Shown here one piece after another: positions 43,170 to 57,610 of a stretch of 64,000 nt of DNA. Below the pieces are notes generated by a model that saw only the letters and a program-made list of their open reading frames with translations, had not been told where the DNA came from and did not search any database. How positions within the stretch are numbered: the first letter of the stretch is position 1; each line of letters begins with the position of its first letter. The position numbers were made by a program, and so were the translations under genes. Source of the DNA: Eledone cirrhosa (Eukaryota); the NCBI GenBank assembly GCA_964016885.1, contig OZ024752.1, positions 46,066,001 through 46,130,000 on the forward strand, in the 5' to 3' direction.

Positions 43170-45722
43170 TAGGGTGCCCACTGCTGTGTGGGGTAGATAG
43201 GGTGCCCACTGCTGTGTGGGGTAGATAGGGTGCCCACTGCTGTGTGGGGTAGATAGGGTGTCCTAGGTTGTGTGGGGTAGATAGGGTGTCCTAGGTTGTG
43301 TGGGGTAGATAGGGTGTCCTAGGTTGTGTGGGGTAGACAGGGTGTCCTAGGTTGTGTGGGGTAGATAGGGTGTCCTAGGTTGTGTGGGGTAGACAGGGTG
43401 TCCTAGGTTGTGTGGGGTAGACAGGGTGCCATGTGTTGTGTGGGGTAGATAGGGTGTCCTAGGTTGTGTGGGGGTAGATAAGGTGTCCTCAGTTGTGTGG
43501 GGTAGACAGGGTGCCATGTGTTGTGTGGGGTAGATAGGGTGTCCTAGGTTGTGTGGGGTAGATAGGGTGTCCTAGGTTGTGTGGGGTAGATAGTGTGTCC
43601 TAGGTTGTGTGGGGTAGACAGGGTGTCCTAGGTTGTGTGGGGTAGACAGGGTGTCCTAGGTTGTGTGGAGTAGATAGGGTGTCCTAGGTTGTGTGGGGGT
43701 AGATAGGGTGTCCTCGGTTGTGTGGGGGTAGATAGGGTGTCCTCAGTTGTGTGGGGTAGACAGGGTGCCATGTGTTGTGTGGGGTAGATAGGGTGTCCTA
43801 GGTTGTGTGGGGTAGATAGGGTGTCCTAGGTTGTGTGGGGTAGATAGTGTGTCCTAGGTTGTGTGGGGTAGACAGGGTGTCCTAGGTTGTGTGGGGGTAG
43901 ATAGGGTGTCCTCAGTTGTGTGGGGGTAGATAGGGTGTCCTAGGTTGTGTGGGGGTAGATAGGGTGTCCTAGGTTGTGTGGGGGTAGATAGGGTGTCCTC
44001 AGTTGTGTGGGGGTAGATAGGGTGTCCTAGGTTGTGTGGGGGTAGATAGGGTGTCCTAGGTTGTGTGGGGTAGATAGGGTGTCCTAGGTTGTGTGGGGGT
44101 AGATAGTGTGTCCTAGGTTGTGTGGGGGTAGACAGGGTGTCCTAGGTTGTGTGGGGTAGACAGGGTGTCCTAGGTTGTGTGGGGTAGACAGGGTGTCCTA
44201 GGTTGTGTGGAGTAGATAGGGTGTCCTAGGTTGTGTGGGGGTAGATAGGGTGTCCTCGGTTGTGTGGAGTAGATAGGGTGTCCTCAGTTGTGTGGGGGTA
44301 GATAGGGTGTCCTAGGTTGTGTGGGGGTAGATAGGGTGTCCTAGGTTGTGTGGGGGTAGATAGGGTGTCCTCAGTTGTGTGGGGGTAGATAGGGTGTCCT
44401 AGGTTGTGTGGGGGTAGATAGGGTGTCCTAGGTTGTGTGGGGGTAGATAGGGTGTCCTAGGTTGTGTGGGGTAGATAGGGTGTCCTAGGTTGTGTGGGGT
44501 AGATAGGGTGTCCTAGGTTGTGTGGGGTAGACAGGGTGTCCTAGGTTGTGTGGGGTAGACAGGGTGTCCTAGGTTGTGTGGGGTAGATAGGGTGTCCTAG
44601 GTTGTGTGGAGTAGATAGGGTGTCCTCAGTTGTGTGGGGGTAGACAGGGTGTCCTAGGTTGTGTGGGGTAGACAGGGTGTCCTAGGTTGTGTGGGGTAGA
44701 TAGGGTGTCCTAGGTTGTGTGGGGTAGACAGGGTGTCCTAGGTTGTGTGGGGTAGACAGGGTGTCCTAGGTTGTGTGGGGTAGATAGGGTGTCCTAGGTT
44801 GTGTGGAGTAGATAGGGTGTCCTCAGTTGTGTGGGGGTAGACAGGGTGTCCTAGGTTGTGTGGGGTAGATAGGGTGTCCTAGGTTGTGTGGGGTAGACAG
44901 GGTGTCCTAGGTTGTGTGGGGTAGACAGGGTGTCCTAGGTTGTGTGGGGGTAGACAGGGTGTCCTCAGTTGTGTGGGGGTAGACAGGGTGTCCTAGGTTC
45001 TGTGGGGGTAGATAGGGTGTCCTAGGTTGTGTGGAGTAGATAGGGTGTCCTAGGTTGTGTGGGGTAGACAGGGTGTCCTAGGTTGTGTGGGGTAGACAGG
45101 GTGTCCTAGGTTGTGTGGGGTAGATAGGGTGTCCTAGGTTGTGTGGGGGTAGACAGGGTGTCCTCAGTTGTGTGGGGGTAGACAGGGTGTCCTAGGTTCT
45201 GTGGGGGTAGATAGGGTGTCCTAGGTTGTGTGGAGTAGATAGGGTGTCCTCAGTTGTGTGGGGGTAGACAGGGTGTCCTAGGTTGTGTGGGGGTAGATAG
45301 GGTGTCCTAGGTTGTGTGGGGTAGATAGGGTGTCCTAGGTTGTGTGGGGTAGATAGGGTGTCCTAGGTTGTGTGGGGTAGACAGGGTGTCCTCAGTTGTG
45401 TGGGGGTAGATAGGGTGTCCTAGGTTGTGTGGGGTAGATAGGGTGTCCTAGGTTGTGTGGGGTAGATAGGGTGTCCTCAGTTGTGTGGGGGTAGATAGGG
45501 TGTCCTAGGTTGTGTGGGGTAGATAGGGTGTCCTAGGTTGTGTGGGGTAGATAGGGTGTCCTCAGTTGTGTGGGGGTAGATAGTGTGTCCTAGGTTGTGT
45601 GGGGGTAGACAGGGTGTCCTAGGTTGTGTGGGGTAGACAGGGTGTCCTAGGTTGTGTGGGGTAGACAGGGTGTCCTCAGTTGTGTGGGGGTAGATAGGGT
45701 GTCCTAGGTTGTGTGGGGTAGG
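43170..45722. repeat. 28/29-bp G-rich satellite (about 90 copies)
   Basis: Unit GGGTGTCCTAGGTTGTGTGGGG(G)TAGA(T/C)A. Confidence 0.95.
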
Positions 45723-46561
45723 TATCCAGTAAAACTGAATCAAAGCTGTTCTCTAGATTGAATTTTTAGCCACTTAGTTTGCAGTTGATCAAATATCTCT
45801 TTTTCTATTACTGGTAGATATTAAATACTGCTTCGCAAGGATATAACTTTCTTAACACTTTCACAGTTGATATTCTCAAAATATAACATGATATGATATA
45901 GATAGGGCTTAGAGATAGGATATTATGAGATAGGAGAGCAGAGGGGAGGATGGGATATAGGGAGAGGGGGGGGGGAGAGGATAATCTATAAGAATGGCTG
46001 GATGGATGGGGGAGGGGGTCGTCTCTCCTCTCTCTTTCTCTCTCTTCCCCAGTACGTCTCTCTCTCTCCTACTCACCCCTTCTCTCTCTCTCCCTCTCTC
46101 GTTACAACAGAGGCATGGTGCCAGCTCACCACCACCACTTCACAACCAACCATCCATCCAACCATCCATCTATCCAGACACACAGACACACAGACAGACA
46201 GACAGACAGCTCGCTAGCGTCATCATCTGAAAACGAAAACCAAATTCAAACTATTTTTAATGGTTCTTTTGAAGCTCTGAGATTAATAAAAAATCTGAAA
46301 TAAGGTTTTCGACGATTGCTTAATCAGGTGGACGGGGTTTCAATTACTGTAGGTGCTGCAGGCCACTCGAGAAATACAGCAATGTTGCTAAATTTAGACC
46401 TCAAATAACCTCTCTCTCTCTCTCTCTCCTTCCTCTCCTTTCTTCCTTCCGATTGTTCCCCCTCTCTGTCTGTTCTCTTTCTCTCGCTCTCTCTCTCTCC
46501 CTCCCCCCTTGCTCTCCTTTCTCTGATTTCTACTTCATATATATATATATATATGTTTGTA

Positions 46562-46592
<31 letters not shown>

Positions 46593-46667
46593 GTTTGTGT
46601 GTGTGTATATATATATATATATATGTTTGTATGTGTGTGTATATATATATATATATATATGTTTGTA

Positions 46668-46700
<33 letters not shown>

Positions 46701-46737
46701 GTTTGTATGTGTGTGTGTATATATATATATGTTTGTA

Positions 46738-46768
<31 letters not shown>

Positions 46769-46810
46769 TTATATGTGTGAATATATAAAACGATGATGAT
46801 GATGATGAGG

Positions 46811-46841
<31 letters not shown>

Positions 46842-46845
46842 ATAT

Positions 46846-46877
<32 letters not shown>

Positions 46878-47038
46878 GTATATATATGTATATATATGTA
46901 TATGTATATATATGTATATATATGTATATGTATATATATGTATATGTACATATATGTATATGTATATATATATGTATATGTGTATATATATGTATATGTG
47001 TATATATATGTATATGTATATATATATATGTATATGTG

Positions 47039-47123
<85 letters not shown>

Positions 47124-47175
47124 GTGTATATATATGTATATATATATATATGTGTATATATATATGTATATATAT

Positions 47176-47241
<66 letters not shown>

Positions 47242-48211
47242 ATGTATATATGTGTATATATATATATATGTATGTATAGATATGTCTATATACATACATA
47301 TGTGTATATATATATATGTATATATGTGTATATATATATGTATATATGTATATATATGTGTATATACATACATATGTGTATATATATATATGTATGTATG
47401 TATATATATGTGTATATACATACATATGTGTATATACGTAGTCTGATATTTAATTCTCACAATACAGTAGTCTGTCTGTGTGTCTATTGTAGCAATTTGG
47501 CTATTTTTGGTGTTACTCTTGTTTTGTGGAGCAGAGATGAAGAAATATTTGGGTGTGGTGGCCTTGAGCTATTTCTAGTGTAATACTGTGGCATCTGGTG
47601 TGGTATTGATATAGCATAGGGTAGTGTAGCGTAGTGTATTGTTGTGTAGTGTAGCGTAGTGTAGTGTAGTGTAGTGTAGTGAAGTGTAGTTTTGAATAGG
47701 TGTAGTGTAATGTAGTGTGATTCTGTGTAGTGTTGTGTTGGATAGATGTAATGTAATACAGTGTAGTAGTGGTGTATTGTAGTGTAATACAGTGTAGTAG
47801 TGGTGTATTGTAGTGTAGTGTAATACAGTGTAGTAGTGGTGTATTGTAGTGTAGTGTAATACAGTGTAGTAGTGGTGTAATACAGTGTAGTAGTGGTGTA
47901 TTGTAGTGTAGTGTAATACAGTGTAGTAGTGGTGTATTGAAGTGTAATACAATGTAGTAGTGGTGTATTGTAGTGTAGTGTAATACAGTGTAGTAGTGGT
48001 GTATTGTAGTGTAGTGGTAATACAGTGTAGTAGTGGTGTATTTCAGTGTAGTGTTGTATTACCCAATTACCAGTAAGAAAATTAGCTCAATGTAAATTAT
48101 CAGAAGTATTATAGAGCAGAAATACAAAATATAAAACAATAAAATTTTTGTTTAATGCATTTAATTGCTGCCGATTGTTTCAGAGCATACACAATGTTTA
48201 AACATTGTGTA

Positions 48212-48258
48212 TGCTCTGATAATTCCAGCCATTTGTCTGGAAGAAACGATCGTCAGCA
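48212..48258 (+). ncRNA. Hammerhead ribozyme motif with G8-to-A core change
   Basis: TGCT-CTGATAA-TTCCAG[8 nt]CTGGAA-GAA-ACGATCGT (palindrome)-C-AGCA; canonical GUC site. Confidence 0.65.
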
Positions 48259-48299
48259 ATTAAATGCATTAAACAAAAATTTGATTGTTTTATATTTTG

Positions 48300-48338
<39 letters not shown>

Positions 48339-48520
48339 GAAAGAAGTGTGGTAAGGGACCAGGTGAGGAGCTAGATAACGAAGGAAGTGTGGTAAGGAAC
48401 CAGGAGTCCTGACTCTTTATCCATTACCCACTACTGCTGTGCTAACAATACTGCGTTTGTACAGAACTAGCTGTCGAAACGGCAGGAACTCAGCCGCCGG
48501 GGTCCTGTCCTGCCTATTTT

Positions 48521-48581
<61 letters not shown>

Positions 48582-48585
<4 letters not shown>

Positions 48586-48830
48586 TCATCATCTTTGTTT
48601 AACGTCCATTTTCCACGCTAGCATGGGTTAGACGGGAGTTGTCCCACTTGAGGCAAGGTTGGTCGGGTGACCGTGTCTCCCTCATATAGGACTATCTGGC
48701 AGGTTTTCTACGGCTGGATGCCCTTCCTAACACCAACCACATTTACAGTGTGGAACTGGGAACTTTTTACCGTGTTACCTACACGGCCACATTACAGCGT
48801 GGACTGTGTGTTTTTTTCTCGTGACACCTA
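48582..48830 (-). mobile_element. SINE-like retroposon, same family as 28229-28600
   Basis: Reverse-complement similarity; (CAT)n tail. Confidence 0.7.
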
Positions 48831-49069
48831 CACGATCTCGATCTCGTATATAAATGAAAATAGAGAAATTAATGTGAGCAAGAAGCCAACAGTATTTCAT
48901 AATATATAAGTGACTATAACGTCAAAATGGAAAATATTTAACGTAAGATATGGGAAAATAATTCAAACTCAATTAAAAAAAAAGTCAAGTCAGAAATTCT
49001 ATCCACAGATTTTGTGAAATCCAGGGAAAAAACCAATCGAGTCTTAACTCAGAATAAAATTAAGGTTAA

Positions 49070-49111
<42 letters not shown>

Positions 49112-49231
49112 ATATATGATGATGATGATATACACACACACATATATATATGTTTGTGTGTAACTCTGTGCAATCGTGTCCATGTGTGTGATTGTGTGTG
49201 TATATTTGGTTGTGTGTATGTGATTGTATGT

Positions 49232-49265
<34 letters not shown>

Positions 49266-50737
49266 CTATTGTATCTCCATGATGCATGCTCACACGTGTT
49301 GAGTCAATGTTTTGTTTTGTTTCTATTTCCACTGCGTTAGACAAACAATGTTTGTGAGTCGGTGGAGAGGTGGGGCGGTATAAAATAACTCCCAGAACAA
49401 ACTAGTGTAGCATGTGTGGCCGTTGAAAATGTCATGCTGCACAACAGGGTAGAAGAGGGTAGAAGACAGCGCAAGACAACACACCCATCACACAGGTACA
49501 CCTGCAGGGAGATCTTTGATGTACCACCACACATGGTTTCCATAAATTTTAGTTTAGAAAACTTCCAGATTTTTCTGTATCATGTTACTTAATCTTACTT
49601 TTAACTCTTCCTTCACATCACAACACCTACTAACACACACACGTAGACACCTTCACATGCACACACACACACACACATACACACATACAGATGCACACTT
49701 TCACACACACACACAGGTACACACCTTCACATACACACACACAGGTACACCTTCACATACACACACACACACATACATACACACACAGATGCACACTTTC
49801 ACACACACACACACACATGCACACCTTCACACACATACAGATGCACACTTTCACACACACACACATGCACACCTTCACACACATACAGATGCACACTTTC
49901 ACACACATATGCACACACCTCCACACACACATACAGATGCACATTTTCACACACACACACACATATGCACACCTTCATACACACACACATATGTACACAC
50001 CTCCACACACGCATACAGATGCACACTTTCACACACACACACACACCTTGATACTGTATCTAGATTTACCTATAAGCTAAATAAATTACAGCTTAGGGTC
50101 ACATACCCTTGAGTGAGGGTCACATACCCTTGAGTGAGGGTCACATACCCTTGGGTGAGGGTCACATACCCTTGAGTGAGGGTCACATACCCTTGGGTGA
50201 GGGTCACAGTGCAGCCAGTGCTGGACTTACCTATTTGCTGAGATTTGGCTGCTATTTTTAGCAGGTCGGGTGACCACATAGTCTCCCTCTTTTGCTAGAT
50301 TGTATATTTTGTGTGTGGAGGGGAGGAGTGGCTCCACCACCACCACAACCGGCGGTGACGACACCACCACCACCACTACCACCACCTTCATCCCCACCAC
50401 CATCACCAGACACCACTACCACCACTACACCACCACCACCCCTACCTTCATCCCCACCAGCACCGACACCACTACCACCATTACACCACCACCACCACCA
50501 CCAACACCACCACTACACCAGCAGCAGCAGCACCACCACCACCACCACCAGACACCACTACACCACCACCACCACCTACATAACCACATCACCATTACAC
50601 CACCACCATCACCAGACACCACCACCACCACATCACCACTACACCACCAACATCAACAACAACTAAATGACTAAGCAAGCTGTGTGTGTGGTGGAAATAC
50701 AAGTACATCATATCAGTTCTCTTCCTCGTCCCCTGCC

Positions 50738-50801
<64 letters not shown>

Positions 50802-51476
50802 GGGGTCTCCTTGCCTTAGTTGGGCTGTTGTCTGCCCACAACATTCTGAACTAATGAAGCGTGTGTTTTGGTTTTACTTGACTGAATTATATTGCATGAC
50901 TGTGTGTGCCTCTGTGTGTGTGTGCCTCTGTGTGTGTGTGTGTGTGTGCCTCTGTGTGTGTGTGTGTGTGTGTGTGTGCCTCTGTGTGTGTGTGGGGGGG
51001 GGGGGGGGTCTGTATGCCTCATATGAGGTAAAATGATATGATGGAGACGCTGGAGTAATGGTAGGTGGGGGTATAGTAACCTTTTGATGAGGGCGGGGTG
51101 TGTAGCAACCCCCTTGGTGAAAGTGTGGGGAGGGGGTGTAGCGACTTTAGTGAGGGTGGTGGTGGGGTGTTTTGTGGGGTGGGTTGAAGGGACTTACATG
51201 ACCATCTAAAAAAAAAAAAAAATCAGCACAAAACTACTGCCATCCCTGACAATCGAGTATGACTTGGTAGACTTAGTAGTATGTACCATGCTTTCACTGA
51301 GGGTTTGAGGCATCGTTGCAGTCACAGACAGACCAGGGTCACCCTCAGAGTTCAGCCCTTTATTGATCTAACACAAGATCTGGGATGAAACTAGGGACAG
51401 GGGGCAGCACAAGGACTGTGTGTCTGAATGGCTCTTATCTGATGTATCCTTCGTTCCTTTTATTTGAAGAAAGTTG

Positions 51477-52020
51477 AGGGTGATATGGGGGAGATTTGGC
51501 TGTTATTTCAAGCAGACAGAATGATGGACCACATAGAGGGTGATATGGGGGAGATTTGGCTGTTATTTCTAGCAGACAGAATGATGGACCACATTGAGGG
51601 TGATATGGGGGAGATTTGGCTGTTATTTCTAGCAGACAGAATGATGGACCACATAGAGGGTGATATGGGGGAGATTTGGCTGTTATTTCTAGCAGACAGA
51701 ATGATGGACCACATAGAGGGTGATATGGGGGAGATTTGGCTGTTATTTCTAGCAGACAGAATGATGGACCACATAGAGGGTGATATGGGGGAGATTTGGC
51801 TGTTATTTCTAGCAGACAGAATGATGGACCACATAGAGGGTGATATGGGGGAGATTTGGCTGTTATTTCTAGCAGACAGAATAGTGGACCACATTGAGGG
51901 TGATATGGGGGAGATTTGGCTGTTATTTCTAGCAGACAGAATGATGGACCACATAGAGGGTGATATGGGGGAGATTTGGCTGTTATTTCTAGCAGACAGA
52001 ATGGTGGACCACATTGAGGC
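51477..52020. repeat. 60-bp minisatellite (9 copies)
   Basis: Unit GAGGGTGATATGGGGGAGATTTGGCTGTTATTTCTAGCAGACAGAATGATGGACCACATA; a related monomer lies at 50238-50285. Confidence 0.93.
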
Positions 52021-53209
52021 TCCCTCCTGTCTCTTTAGTGTGTGCAGGCGTGCAGGCATGCTCTGTTCCACCTTGTTGACCAGAGTTGGGATAACATTTC
52101 ATGGCTGAGATAGAAGACAGATCAACAGATGAAGAGACTTGACTGGTGAGGAGTGGGGGGCGTGTAGTGGGGGAGAGGGGGCAGGGAGAGAGAATGAGGG
52201 TGTGGGGCAGGGAGAGAGAGAGACTGGGAGAGACAGAGAGAGGTGAGGGGGAAGACCAGGGAGAGAGAGAGAGATGTTACAAGGGGAAGTGTATGTTATG
52301 TGGGGATGGAGGAACTTCCCTTTAACAACTACCCCCCCCCCCTCTTCTACTATAGAACAGCATTTATTTGTTGCTCCCCCACCCCCTCAACCCCCATACC
52401 ACAAGACTCAGCAATGGTTTTCCCATCATCCTCCTTCTCATCACCAGTGTTGTTGTTGTTGTTGTTGTTGTTGTTGTCACCACTAACAACAACAGTGCTA
52501 TCTTTGTTGCTTTCATAATTATCATCATCATCACCACCACCATCATCATCACCACCATCACCATCATCACCACCATCAGCATCATCATCACCACCATCAT
52601 CATCATCACCATCACCACCATCACCACCACCATCACCACCACCATCACCATCATCACCACCACCATCAGCATCATCAGCATCATCACCACCATCACCATC
52701 ATCACCATCACCACCATCACCACCATCACCACCACCACCATCACCATCACCACCACCATCATCATCATCACCACCATCACCACCACCATCATCATCATCA
52801 CCACCATCATCATCACCACCATCACCATCACCACCATCACCACCATCATCATCATCAATCTAACTTTCCAATATGCCACATTCACCTCCCCCCCCCCTTT
52901 ATTCATCTTTTCTCCTCTCACCCTCCACACAAATGTCTGTGTGTCTGTTTGTGTGTTAGTGTGTGTCTGTGTGTGTTAGTGTCTGTTTGTGTGTTAGTGT
53001 TAGTGTGTGTCTGTGTGTGTTAGTGTGTGTGTGTGTTAGTGTTAGTGTGTGTCTGTGTGTGTTAGTGTCTGTTTGTGTGTTAGTGTTAGTGTGTGTCTGT
53101 GTGTGTTAGTGTGTGTGTGTGTTAGTGTTAGTGTGTGTCTGTGTGTGTATTCCTACACTACAGTCATATGGTTTTTGACTCATCAGTTCCGTACACACAC
53201 ACACACACA

Positions 53210-53370
53210 CTTTTGTTTCTACATTTGGCACAAGGCCAGCAATTACCCCAGTACATTACTGGTACTTTATTTTATCGACTCCGTAAGAATGAAAGGCAAA
53301 GTTGACCTCGACGGGATTTGAACTCAGTCCGTAAAGGGACGTAACTCTATGCTGGCAAGCATGGCGCCCG
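53210..53370 (-). mobile_element. SINE of the second family
   Basis: Reverse-complement homologue of 2730-2850. Confidence 0.75.
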
Positions 53371-53384
53371 ACCCTCTATATGTA

Positions 53385-54847
53385 TATATACAATATGTAT
53401 GTATATATACAATATGTATGTATATATACAATATGTATATATACAATATGTATGTATATATACAATATGTATGTATATATATACAATATGTATGTATACA
53501 ATATGTATGTATATATACAATATATATGTATATATACAATATGTATGTATACAATATGTATGTATATATACAATATGTATGTATATATATACAATATGTA
53601 TATATACAATATGTATGTATATATACAATATGTATTGTATATATATACAATATGTATATATACAATATGTATGTATATATACAATATGTATTGTATATAT
53701 ATACAATATGTATATATACAATATGTATATATACAATATGTATGTATATATACAATATGTATGTATACAATATGTATGTATATATACAATATGTATGTAT
53801 ATATACAATATGTATGTATATATACAATATGTATGTATACAATATGTATATATACATATTGTATATATACATATTGTATATATACAATATGTATGTATAT
53901 ATACAATATGTATATATACAATATGTATATATACAATATGTATGTATATATACAATATGTATGTATATATACAATATGTATGTATATATACAATATGTAT
54001 GTATACAATATGTATATATACATATTGTATATATACAATATGTATGTATATATACAATATGTATATATACAATATGTATATATACAATATGTATGTATAT
54101 ATACAATATGTATATATACAATATGTATATATACATATTGTATATATACAATATGTATGTATATATACAATATGTATATATACAATATGTATGTATATAT
54201 ACAATATGTATATATACAATATGTATGTATATATACAATATGTATGCATATATACAATATGTATATATACAATATGTATATATACAATATGTATGTATAT
54301 ATACAATATGTATATATACAATATGTATGTATATATACAATATGTATATATACAATATGTATGTATATATACAATATGTATATATACAATATGTATGCAT
54401 ATATACAATATGTATATATACAATATGTATATATACAATATGTATGTATATATACAATATGTATATATACAATATGTATGTATATATACAATATGTATAT
54501 ATACAATATGTATGTATATATACAATATGTATATATACAATATGTATGCATATATACAATATGTATATATACAATATGTATATATACAATATGTATATAT
54601 ACAATATGTATATATACAATATGTATGAGAGATGCTGTGCTGAATCAGGCCTGTCCCACCCCTTGCAAGCAGGGAAAAGCGGACGTAAAATGATGATATA
54701 CATAATGTATGTATATACAATATGTATGTACACAATATGTGTATGTGTATTATACAATATGTATGTATGTACAATATATATATACAATATATATATATAC
54801 AATATATATATACAATATATATACATATATACTAATATATATATACA

Positions 54848-54878
<31 letters not shown>

Positions 54879-55030
54879 CAATATATATATATAAATGCAA
54901 TATATATATTATATACAATATATATATATATGCAATATATATATATATACAATATATATATATATACAATATATATATATACAATATATATATACAATAT
55001 ATATATACAATATATATATATACAATATAT
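53385..55030. repeat. AT-rich compound minisatellite (TATATACAATATG[TATG]) with a short SINE tail at 54630-54697
   Basis: Direct periodicity of 14-18 bp. Confidence 0.9.
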
Positions 55031-56152
55031 ATATGACTATAGCTGAGACAATCCTAAGACCAGAAAGAAAGTTAATCTAAAATCTCATCTAATTAGAATT
55101 TATTTCCAGAACTTTTATCTACATTTTGGCAACATTTTTAATATAGCTAAATATTTAATATTTACATATACAGGTGTGTGTTTATCTGTGTGTGTGTGTG
55201 TGTTTATGTGTGTGTGTGTGTATGTTTGTCTGTGTGTATCTGTGTGTGTTTATCTGTGTGTCTGTGTGTTTATCTATGTGTGTGTGTTTATCTGTGTGTG
55301 TGGTGTGTATCTGTGTGTGTGTGTTTATCTGTGTATCTGTATGTGTGTTTCTGTGTGTCTGTGTGTTTATCTGTGTGTCTGTGTGTGTTTATCTGTGTGT
55401 GGTGTGGTGTGTATCTGTGTGCGTGTGTTTATCTGTGTGTCTGTGTGTGGTGTAGTGTGTATCTGTGTGTGTGGAAATAGGGTTTGGGGGCACTGAGGGT
55501 GTTACGTGGCTGGGGGGGGGTCCCCAAAGTTTGAGAACCTCTGTACTGTGTGTGTGTGTGTGTGTAAGAGAGAGGGGGAGGAAGGAGGGTAGTGTGTGTG
55601 TGTGAGATGGAGCGAGTGTGTGTGTGTGTGAGAGTGTGTGTCTGAGTGAGAGTGTGTGTGCGTGAGAGAGGGTGCGTGAGAGAGAGAGTGTGTGTCTGAG
55701 TGAGAGTGTGTGTGTGTGTGAGAGGGAGAGAGAGAGGGTGTGTTGTGAGAGAGAGTGTGTGTGTGTGTGAGAGAGAGAGAGTGTGTGTGTGAGAGGGAGA
55801 GAGAGAGAGGGTGTGTTAGAGAGTGTGTGTGTGTGTGTGAGAGAGAGAGAGTGTGTGTGTGAGTGTGATCTCTATTTCCTGCATGTCTCACCAAATTCTC
55901 ATCTTTAACCATTTAAGATCCTTCAAAATACAGGAAATCCTTCATTTGATTGCAATTTCTTGTCATTTACCAATGTGACAGAAGAAAATGTCTTCAACAC
56001 ATTAACATATATACGTGTGTGTGTGTGTGTGTGTGTGTGGGTGTGGGGTAGCAGTATTGTGACATACTTAAATACACACACACAATCATCATCATCACCA
56101 TCTTTGTATTTTCTACCACTTTTCGCTGCCTTTATGGATTAGACAAGGCTTT

Positions 56153-57041
56153 TTAACCCCCTTAGCATTTAAACTGACTGTTTCCTCATATAATATTGAA
56201 TCTGTGAGATTTTGATGTTATTTATTTTAAGAACAATACCTTAACATCAGTATGAGTGGTTGGTTACAACCAGTTTGAAGAGAAAGGGGGTGAGAGAATT
56301 CTGGCCAGTTATGACTGGTTTGAACAGAAAGGGGTGAGAGAATTCTGGTCAGTTATGGCTGGTTTAAACAGAAAGGGGTGAGAGAATTCTGGTCAGTTAT
56401 GGCTGGTTTTGAACAGAAAGGGGTGAGAGAATTCTGTTCAGTTATGGCTGGTTTGAACAGAAAGGGGTGAGAGAATTCTGGTCAGTTATGGCTGGTTTGA
56501 ACAGAAAGGGGTGAGAGAATTCTGGTCAGTTATGGCTGGTTTGAACAGAAAGGGGTGAGAGAATTCTGGTCAGTTATGGCTGGTTTGAACAGAAAGGGGT
56601 GAGAGAATTCTGGTCAGTTATGGCTGGTTTGAACAGAAAGGGATGAGAGAATTCTGGTCAGTTATGGCTGGTTTGAACAGAAAGGGGTGAGAGAATTCTG
56701 GTCAGTTATGGCTGGTTTGAACAGAAAGGGGTGAGAGAATTCTGGTCAGTTATGGCTGGTTTGAACAGAAAGGGGTGAGAGAATTCTGGTCAGTTATGGC
56801 TGGTTTGAACAGAAAGGGGTGAGAGAATTCTGGTCAGTTATGGCTGGTTTGAACAGAAAGGGGTGAGAGAATTCTGGTCAGTTATGGCTGGTTTAAACAG
56901 AAAGGGGTGAGAGAATTCTGGTCAGTTATGGCTGGTTTGAACAGAAAGGGGTGAGAGAATTCTGGCCAGATATGGCTGGTTTGAAGAGAAAGGTGAGAGA
57001 ATTCTGGCCAGTTATGGCTGGTTTGAATGCTAAAGGGTTAA
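56153..57041 (+). mobile_element. piggyBac-like MITE expanded by an internal 44-bp minisatellite (about 17 copies)
   Basis: TTAA-CCC...GGG-TTAA termini; unit AACAGAAAGGGGTGAGAGAATTCTGGTCAGTTATGGCTGGTTTG. Confidence 0.78.
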
Positions 57042-57610
57042 TAAATGCTGCAATTTGGCCCAATACAGCAATGACCTGGGGCAAGGGGTTGTGTGAGAGA
57101 GATAAGTACAGAAATAACTGAAATCTAATGATGTTTATCTGTTACATGTGAGAGGATTCTGGCTTGGTTTTAGTTGGTGATGACATTATATAATGGTGTG
57201 GGGTGGCTGCAACCATTTTGCTCTCTCAGATGACGTCATCTGTTATCTAACAGAAGAGACCATTGTAAAAGAATTTATCTGTAAGTTCTTGTTTGTTGTC
57301 AAAGACTGAATTTAGTCTTGAAGCTCTGTAATTAGAGTTACTAACTGATGTATGTGTGTACATATATATTTGTGTGTATATATATGTGTACATAAATGTG
57401 TATACATATGTATGTACATATATATGTCTGTACATAAATGTGCATTTTTGTGCATATTTATATTATGTATGCAGATACACATATCATCATCATCATCATT
57501 TAACATCCATCTTTTCTCTGCTAGCAAATGTTGAATGGCTCATCACTGCCCAAGACAGTACTTATATCATCATATCATAACACTGTGCAGTATATGTTAC
57601 AAACACCAAC

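Noticed and set aside
51464-52108. 214-aa ORF with a 20-aa repeat, open on both strands
   Set aside because: It is a 60-bp minisatellite derived from a dispersed repeat, with no splice signals linking it to the gene.
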